A stretch of DNA of 64,000 nucleotides. Source: Auanema rhodensis (lineage: Eukaryota > Animalia > Nematoda). Positions 54,701 to 64,000 of this stretch are shown here, in pieces. Within the stretch, counting starts at the first letter, position 1; each line of letters begins with the position of its first letter. Made by a program: the position numbers and the translations under genes. The stretch spans positions 1-64,000 of the forward strand of contig CAXKVF010000085.1 of the NCBI GenBank assembly GCA_964057225.1, written 5' to 3'. The notes under the pieces were generated by a model. The model was given only the letters and a program-made list of their open reading frames with translations, was not told the origin of the DNA and ran no database searches.

Positions 54701-57700
54701 GACTTTGAAATTTACGTGAACTTTAATTTATGCTAATTAAATGTACACGTGATGTGCACTTGGTATGTAACTCGCTTCACGTGAAAGATAAAGAGATGCG
54801 GTTTTCAAAATTAGATTCCCCATGTCCATATTAGTCTAAAAACAAATTTTTATTGATATTGGTGCATGGTAACCATGACTTTGAAATTTACGTGAACTTT
54901 AATTTATGCTAATTAAATGTACACGTGATGTGCACTTGGTATGTAACTCGCTTCACGTGAAAGATGAAGAGATGCGGTTTTCAAAATTAGATTCCCCATG
55001 TCCATATTAGTCTAAAAACAAATTTTTATTGATATTGGTGCATGGTAACCATGACTTTGAAATTTACGTGAACTTTAATTTATGCTAATTAAATGTACAC
55101 GTGATGTGCACTTGGTATGTAACTCGCTTCACGTGAAAGATAAATAGATGCGGTTTTCAAAATTAGATTCCCCATGTCCATATTAGTCTAAAAACAAATT
55201 TTTATTGATATTGGTTCATGGTAACCATGACTTTGAAATTTACGTGAACTTTAATTTATGCTAATTAAATGTACACGTGATGTGCACTTGGTATGTAACT
55301 CGCTTCACGTGAAAGATGAAGAGATGCGGTTTTCAAAATTAGATTCCCCATGTCCATATTAGTCTAAAAACAAATTTTTATTGATATTGGTTCATGGTAA
55401 CCATGACTTTGAAATTTACGTGAACTTTAATTTATGCTAATTAAATGTACACGTGATGTGCACTTGGTATGTAACTCGCTTCACGTGAAAGATAAAGAGA
55501 TGCGGTTTTCAAAATTAGATTCCCCATGTCCATATTAGTCTAAAAACAAATTTTTATTGATATTGGTTCATGGTAACCATGACTTTGAAATTTACGTGAA
55601 CTTTAATTTATGCTAATTAAATGTACACGTGATGTGCACTTGGTATGTAACTCGCTTCACGTGAAAGATAAAGAGATGCGGTTTTCAAAATTAGATTCCC
55701 CATGTCCATATTAGTCTAAAAACAAATTTTTATTGATATTGGTGCATGGTAACCATGACTTTGAAATTTACGTGAACTTTAATTTATGCTAATTAAATGT
55801 ACACGTGATGTGCACTTGGTATGTAACTCGCTTCACGTGAAAGATATAGAGATGCGGTTTTCAAAATTAGATCCCCATGTCCATATTAGTCTAAAAACAA
55901 ATTTTTATTGATATTGGTGCATGGTAACCATGACTTTGAAATTTACGTGAACTTTAATTTATGCTAATTAAATGTACACGTGATGGGCACTTGGTATGTA
56001 ACTCGCTTCACGTGAAAGATAAAGAGATGCGGTTTTCAAAATTAGATTCCCCATGTCCATATTAGTCTAAAAACAAATTTTTATTGATATTGGTTCATGG
56101 TAACCATGACTTTGAAATTTACGTGAACTTTAATTTATGCTAATTAAATGTACACGTGATGTGCACTTGGTATGTAACTCGCTTCACGTGAAAGATAAAG
56201 AGATGCGGTTTTCAAAATTAGATTCCCCATGTCCATATTAATCTAAAAACAAATTTTTATTGATATTGGTGCATGGTAACCATGACTTTGAAATTTACGT
56301 GAACTTTAATTTATGCTAATTAAATGTACACGTGATGTGCACTTGGTATGTAACTCGCTTCACGTGAAAGATAAAGAGATGCGGTTTTCAAAATTAGATT
56401 CCCCATGTCCATATTAGTCTAAAAACAAATTTTTATTGATATTGGTGCATGGTAACCATGACTTTGAAATTTACGTGAACTTTAATTTATGCTAATTAAA
56501 TGTACACGTGATGTGCACTTGGTATGTAACTCGCTTCACGTGAAAGATAACGAGATGCGGTTTTAGATTCCCCATGTCCATATTAGTCTAAAAACAAATT
56601 TTTATTGGTATTGGTTCATGGTAACCATGACTTTGAAATTTACGTGAACTTTAATTTATGCTAATTAAATGTACACGTGATGTGCACTTGGTATGTAACT
56701 CGCTTCACGTGAAAGATAAAGAGATGCGGTTTTCAAAATTAGATTCCCCATGTCCATATTAGTCTAAAAACAAATTTTTATTGATATTGGTTCATGGTAA
56801 CCATGACTTTGAAATTTACGTGAACTTTAATTTATGCTAATTAAATGTACACGTGATGTGCACTTGGTATGTAACTCGCTTCACGTGAAAAATAAAGAGA
56901 TGCGGTTTTCAAAATTAGATTCCCCATGTCCATATTAGTCTAAAAACAAATTTTTATTGATATTGGTGCATGGTAACCATGACTTTGAAATTTACGTGAA
57001 CTTTAATTTATGCTAATTAAATGTACACGTGATGTGCACTTGGTATGTAACTCGCTTCACGTGAAAGATAAAGAGATGCGGTTTTCAAAATTAGATTCCC
57101 CATGTCCATATTAGTCTAAAAACAAATTTTTATTGATATTGGTGCATGGTAACCATGACTTTGAAATTTACGTGATCTTTAATTTATGCTAATTAAATGT
57201 ACACGTGATGTGCACTTGGTATGTAACTCGCTTCACGTGAAAGATGAAGAGATGCGGTTTTCAAAATTAGATTCCCCATGTCCATATTAGTCTAAAAACA
57301 AATTTTTATTGATATTGGTGCATGGTAACCATGACTTTGAAATTTACGTGAACTTTAATTTATGCTAATTAAATGTACACGTGATGTGCACTTGGTATGT
57401 AACTCGCTTCACGTGAAAGATAAGGAGATGCGGTTTTTAAAATTAGATTCCCCATGTCCATATTAGTCTAAAAACAAATTTTTATTGATATTGGTGCATG
57501 GTAACCATGACTTTGAAATTTACGTGAACTTTAATTTATGCTAATTAAATGTACACGTGATGTGCACTTGGTATGTAACTCGCTTCACGTGAAAGATAAA
57601 GAGATGCGGTTTTCAAAATTAGATTCCCCATGTCCATATTAGTCTAAAAACAAATTTTTATTGATATTGGTGCATGGTAACCATGACTTTGAAATTTACG

Positions 57701-60700
57701 TGAACTTTAATTTATGCTAATTAAATGTACACGTGATGTGCACTTGGTATGTAACTCGCTTCACGTGAAAGATGAAGAGATGCGGTTTTCAAAATTAGAT
57801 TCCCCATGTCCATATTAGTCTAAAAACAAATTTTTATTGATATTGGTGCATGGTAACCATGACTTTGAAATTTACGTGAACTTTAATTTATGCTAATTAA
57901 ATGTACACGTGATGTGCACTTGGTATGTAACTCGCTTCACGTGAAAGATGAAGAGATGCGGTTTTCAAAATTAGATTCCCCATGTCCATATTAGTCTAAA
58001 AACAAATTTTTATTGATATTGGTGCATGGTAACCATGACTTTGAAATTTACGTGAACTTTAATTTATGCTAATTAAATGTACACGTGATGTGCACTTGGT
58101 ATGTAACTCGCTTCACGTGAAAGATAAATAGATGCGGTTTTCAAAATTAGATTCCCCATGTCCATATTAGTCTAAAAACAAATTTTTATTGATATTGGTT
58201 CTTGGTAACCATGACTTTGAAATTTACGTGAACTTTAATTTATGCTAATTAAATGTACACGTGATGTGCACTTGGTATGTAACTCGCTTCACGTGAAAGA
58301 TGAAGAGATGCGGTTTTCAAAATTAGATTCCCCATGTCCATATTAGTCTAAAAACAAATTTTTATTGATATTGGTGCATGGTAACCATGACTTTGAAATT
58401 TACGTGAACTTTAATTTATGCTAATTAAATGTACACGTGATGTGCACTTGGTATGTAACTCGCTTCACGTGAAAGATAAAGAGATGCGGTTTTCAAAATT
58501 AGATTCCCCATGTCCATATTAGTCTAAAAACAAATTTTTATTGATATTGGTGCATGGTAACCATGACTTTGAAATTTACGTGAACTTTAATTTATGCTAA
58601 TTAAATGTACACGTGATGTGCACTTGGTATGTAACTCGCTTCACGTGAAAGATGAAGAGATGCGGTTTTCAAAATTAGATTCCCCATGTCCATATTAGTC
58701 TAAAAACAAATTTTTATTGATATTGGTGCATGGTAACCATGACTTTGAAATTTACGTGAACTTTAATTTATGCTAATTAAATGTACACGTGATGTGCACT
58801 TGGTATGTAACTCGCTTCACGTGAAAGATAAAGAGATGCGGTTTTCAAAATTAGATTCCCCATGTCCATATTAGTCTAAAAACAAATTTTTATTGATATT
58901 GGTTCATGGTAACCATGACTTTGAAATTTACGTGAACTTTAATTTATGCTAATTAAATGTACACGTGATGTGCACTTGGTATGTAACTCGCTTCACGTGA
59001 AAGATAAAGAGATGCGGTTTTCAAAATTAGATTCCCCATGTCCATATTAGTCTAAAAACAAATTTTTATTGATATTGGTTCATGGTAACCATGACTTTGA
59101 AATTTACGTGAACTTTAATTTATGCTAATTAAATGTACACGTGATGTGCACTTGGTATGTAACTCGCTTCACGTGAAAGATAAAGAGATGCGGTTTTCAA
59201 AATTAGATTCCCCATGTCCATATTAGTCTAAAAACAAATTTTTATTGATATTGGTGCATGGTAACCATGACTTTGAAATTTACGTGAACTTTAATTTATG
59301 CTAATTAAATGTACACTTGATGTGCACTTGGTATGTAACTCGCTTCACGTGAAAGATGAAGAGATGCGTTTTGCAAAATTAGATTCCCCATGTCCATATT
59401 AGTCTAAAAACAAATTTTTATTGACATTGGTGCATGGTAACCATGACTTTGAAATTTACGTGAACTTTAATTTATGCTAATTAAATGTACACGTGATGTG
59501 CACTTGGTATGTAACTCGCTTCACGTGAAAGATAAAGAGATGCGGTTTTCAAAATTAGATTCCCCATGTCCATATTAGTCTAAAAACAAATTTTTATTGA
59601 TATTGGTGCATGGTAACCATGACTTTCAAATTTACGTGAACTTTAATTTATGCTGATTAAATGTACACGTGATGTGCACTTGGTATGTAACTCGCTTCAC
59701 GTGAAAGATGAAGAGATGCGGTTTTCAAAATTAGATTCCCCATGTCCATATTAGTCTAAAAACAAATTTTTATTGATATTGGTGCATGGTAACCATGACT
59801 TTGAAATTTACGTGAACTTTAATTTATGCTAATTAAATGTACACGTGATGTGCACTTGGTATGTAACTCGCTTCACGTGAAAGATGAAGAGATGCGGTTT
59901 TCAAAATTAGATTCCCCATGTCCATATTAGTCTAAAAACAAATTTTTATTGATATTGGTGCATGGTAACCATGACTTTGAAATTTACGTGAACTTTAATT
60001 TATGCTAATTAAATGTACACGTGATGTGCACTTGGTATGTAACTCGCTTCACGTGAAAGATAAAGAGATGCGGTTTTCAAAATTAGATTCCCCATGTCCA
60101 TATTAGTCTAAAAACAAATTTTTATTGATATTGGTTCATGGTAACCATGACTTTGAAATTTACGTGAACTTTAATTTATGCTAATTAAATGTACACGTGA
60201 TGTGCACTTGGTATGTAACTCGCTTCACGTGAAAGATAAAGAGATGCGGTTTTCAAAATTAGATTCCCCATGTCCATATTAGTCTAAAAACAAATTTTTA
60301 TTGATATTGGTGCATGGTAACCATGACTTTGAAATTTACGTGAACTTTAATTTATGCTAATTAAATGTACACGTGATGGGCACTTGGTATGTAACTCGCT
60401 TCACGTGAAAGATAAAGAGATGCGGTTCTCAAAATTAGATTCCCCATGTCCATATTAGTCTAAAAACAAATTTTTATTGATATTGGTTCATGGTAACCAT
60501 GACTTTGAAATTTACGTGAACTTTAATTTATGCTAATTAAATGTACACGTGATGTGCACTTGGTATGTAACTCGCTTCACGTGAAAGATAAAGAGATGCG
60601 GTTTTCAAAATTAGATTCCCCATGTCCATATTAGTCTAAAAACAAATTTTTATTGATATTGGTGCATGGTAACCATGACTTTGAAATTTACGTGAACTTT

Positions 60701-61207
60701 AATTTATGCTAATTAAATGTACACGTGATGTGCACTTGGTATGTAACTCGCTTCACGTGAAAGATAAAGAGATGCGGTTTTCAAAATTAGATTCCCCATG
60801 TCCATATTAGTCTAAAAACAAATTTTTATTGATATTGGTGCATGGTAACCATGACTTTGAAATTTACGTGAACTTTAATTTATGCTAATTAAATGTACAC
60901 GTGATGTGCACTTGGTATGTAACTCGCTTCACGTGAAAGATAACGAGATGCGGTTTTCAAAATTAGATTCCCCATGTCCATATTAGTCTAAAAACAAATT
61001 TTTATTGGTATTGGTTCATGGTAACCATGACTTTGAAATTTACGTGAACTTTAATTTATGCTAATTAAATGTACACGTGATGTGCACTTGGTATGTAACT
61101 CGCTTCACGTGAAAGATAAAGAGATGCGGTTTTCAAAATTAGATTCCCCATGTCCATATTAGTCTAAAAACAAATTTTTATTGATATTGGTGCATGGTAA
61201 CCATGAC

Positions 61208-63319
61208 TTTGAAATTTACGTGAACTTTAATTTATGCTAATTAAATGTACACGTGATGTGCACTTGGTATGTAACTCGCTTCACGTGAAAGATAAAGAGA
61301 TGCGGTTTTCAAAATTAGATTCCCCATGTCCATATTAGTCTAAAAACAAATTTTTATTGACATTGGTGCATGGTAACCATGACTTTGAAATTTACGTGAA
61401 CTTTAATTTATGCTAATTAAATGTACACGTGATGTGCACTTGGTATGTAACTCGCTTCACGTGAAAGATAAAGAGATGCGGTTTTCAAAATTAGATTCCC
61501 CATGTCCATATTAGTCTAAAAACAAATTTTTATTGATATTGGTGCATGGTAACCATGACTTTGAAATTTACGTGAACTTTAATTTATGCTAATTAAATGT
61601 ACACGTGATGTGCACTTGGTATGTAACTCGCTTCACGTGAAAGATGAAGAGATGCGGTTTTCAAAATTAGATTCCCCATGTCCATATTAGTCTAAAAACA
61701 AATTTTTATTGACATTGGTGCATGGTAACCATGACTTTGAAATTTACGTGAACTTTAATTTATGCTAATTAAATGTACACGTGATGTGCACTTGGTATGT
61801 AACTCGCTTCACGTGAAAGATAAAGAGATGCGGTTTTCAAAATTAGATTCCCCATGTCCATATTAGTCTAAAAACAAATTTTTATTGATATTGGTGCATG
61901 GTAACCATGACTTTGAAATTTACGTGAACTTTAATTTATGCTAATTAAATGTACACGTGATGTGCACTTGGTATGTAACTCGCTTCACGTGAAAGATGAA
62001 GAGATGCGGTTTTCAAAATTAGATTCCCCATGTCCATATTAGTCTAAAAACAAATTTTTATTGACATTGGTGCATGGTAACCATGACTTTGAAATTTACG
62101 TGAACTTTAATTTATGCTAATTAAATGTACACGTGATGTGCACTTGGTATGTAACTCGCTTCACGTGAAAGATAAAGAGATGCGGTTTTCAAAATTAGAT
62201 TCCCCATGTCCATATTAGTCTAAAAACAAATTTTTATTGATATTGGTGCATGGTAACCATGACTTTGAAATTTACGTGAACTTTAATTTATGCTAATTAA
62301 ATGTACACGTGATGTGCACTTGGTATGTAACTCGCTTCACGTGAAAGATGAAGAGATGCGGTTTTCAAAATTAGATTCCCCATGTCCATATTAGTCTAAA
62401 AACAAATTTTTATTGATATTGGTGCATGGTAACCATGACTTTGAAATTTACGTGAACTTTAATTTATGCTAATTAAATGTACACGTGATGTGCACTTGGT
62501 ATGTAACTCGCTTCACGTGAAAGATGAAGAGATGCGGTTTTCAAAATTAGATTCCCCATGTCCATATTAGTCTAAAAACAAATTTTTATTGACATTGGTG
62601 CATGGTAACCATGACTTTGAAATTTACGTGAACTTTAATTTATGCTAATTAAATGTACACGTGATGTGCACTTGGTATGTAACTCGCTTCACGTGAAAGA
62701 TAAAGAGATGCGGTTTTCAAAATTAGATTCCCCATGTCCATATTAGTCTAAAAACAAATTTTTATTGATATTGGTGCATGGTAACCATGACTTTGAAATT
62801 TACGTGAACTTTAATTTATGCTAATTAAATGTACACGTGATGTGCACTTGGTATGTAACTCGCTTCACGTGAAAGATGAAGAGATGCGGTTTTCAAAATT
62901 AGATTCCCCATGTCCATATTAGTCTAAAAACAAATTTTTATTGACATTGGTGCATGGTAACCATGACTTTGAAATTTACGTGAACTTTAATTTATGCTAA
63001 TTAAATGTACACGTGATGTGCACTTGGTATGTAACTCGCTTCACGTGAAAGATAAAGAGATGCGGTTTTCAAAATTAGATTCCCCATGTCCATATTAGTC
63101 TAAAAACAAATTTTTATTGATATTGGTGCATGGTAACCATGACTTTGAAATTTACGTGAACTTTAATTTATGCTAATTAAATGTACACGTGATGTGCACT
63201 TGGTATGTAACTCGCTTCACGTGAAAGATGAAGAGATGCGGTTTTCAAAATTAGATTCCCCATGTCCATATTAGTCTAAAAACAAATTTTTATTGATATT
63301 GGTGCATGGTAACCATGAC
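61208..63319 (+). repeat. Local dimer/5-mer higher-order pattern
   Basis: gacattgg variant at 61361, 61713, 62065, 62593, 62945 (spacings 352, 352, 528, 352), mostly linked with gatgaag and alternating with plain monomers. Confidence 0.75.
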
Positions 63320-64000
63320 TTTGAAATTTACGTGAACTTTAATTTATGCTAATTAAATGTACACGTGATGTGCACTTGGTATGTAACTCGCTTCACGTGA
63401 AAGATAAGGAGATGCGGTTTTCAAAATTAGATTCCCCATGTCCATATTAGTCTAAAAACAAATTTTTATTGATATTGGTGCATGGTAACCATGACTTTGA
63501 AATTTACGTGAACTTTAATTTATGCTAATTAAATGTACACGTGATGGGCACTTGGTATGTAACTCGCTTCACGTGAAAGATAAAGAGATGCGGTTTTCAA
63601 AATTAGATTCCCCATGTCCATATTAGTCTAAAAACAAATTTTTATTGATATTGGTTCTTGGTAACCATGACTTTGAAATTTACGTGAACTTTAATTTATG
63701 CTAATTAAATGTACACGTGATGTGCACTTGGTATGTAACTCGCTTCACGTGAAAGATAAAGAGATGCGGTTTTCAAAATTAGATTCCCCATGTCCATATT
63801 AGTCTAAAAACAAATTTTTATTGATATTGGTTCATGGTAACCATGACTTTGAAATTTACGTGAACTTTAATTTATGCTAATTAAATGTACACGTGATGTG
63901 CACTTGGTATGTAACTCGCTTCACGTGAAAGATAAAGAGATGCGGTTTTCAAAATTAGATTCCCCATGTCCATATTAGTCTAAAAACAAATTTTTATTGA

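Larger units (their letters stand above)
1..64000. repeat. Tandem satellite DNA array with 176-bp monomer (~360 full + 6 half monomers + terminal partial), candidate centromeric/pericentromeric satellite
   Basis: tttgaaatttacgtgaac recurs at 1, 177 and onward to 63848 with a 176-bp period. Phase checks: 18442 to 25658 = 41x176; 36400 to 55760 = 110x176; 55760 to 63848 = 46x176-8. GC is 56/176 (~32%). The array runs off both window ends in a single orientation. The satellite call is direct; the centromeric role is inferred from monomer length and homogeneity. Confidence 0.99.

Noticed and set aside
1-64000. Protein-coding ORFs or a repeat protein
   Set aside because: The 176-bp period is not a multiple of 3, and the monomer has frequent TAA/TGA/TAG on both strands (e.g. 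taatttatgctaattaa), so no long ORF can run through the array.
1-64000. CRISPR array (palindromic repeats at regular spacing)
   Set aside because: There are no unique spacers; the whole unit is repeated. No cas genes or leader are present.
1-64000. Transposon/MITE insertion, inversion, telomeric repeats or other embedded unique sequence
   Set aside because: Phase arithmetic accounts for the bases as monomers and small deletions. I saw no foreign segment, strand switch, terminal inverted repeat or target-site duplication.
1-64000. Variant pattern as an information-storing code or a novel defence/regulatory system
   Set aside because: The patterns are adequately explained by ordinary duplication, unequal exchange and conversion, and no associated machinery is visible in the window.

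Overview
The whole 64 kb window is one uninterrupted head-to-tail tandem array of a 176-bp, ~32% GC monomer, i.e. satellite DNA, most plausibly eukaryotic (peri)centromeric or heterochromatic. Consensus (positions 1-176): tttgaaatttacgtgaactttaatttatgctaattaaatgtacacgtgatgtgcacttggtatgtaactcgcttcacgtgaaagataaagagatgcggttttcaaaattagattccccatgtccatattagtctaaaaacaaatttttattgatattggttcatggtaaccatgac. By phase arithmetic there are about 360 full monomers, 6 half-length (89-bp) monomers and a final partial copy, all in one orientation and usually within 0-4 substitutions of consensus. I found no genes, RNA genes, transposon insertions, inversions or CRISPR arrays, and I cannot support a new gene-encoded system here. 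The structure of interest lies in the variant pattern: a near-perfect 9,243-bp (54-unit) tandem duplication, a single 87-bp deletion amplified to six copies, local 12-mer, 5/6-mer and 2/5-mer higher-order repeats, a shift in monomer haplotypes near 38.3 kb, and a monomer rich in dyad symmetry with three ACGTGA cores spaced 32-33 bp apart. The first ~18.4 kb carries many 1-bp homopolymer indels and is probably lower-accuracy sequence. I did not identify the organism or satellite family.
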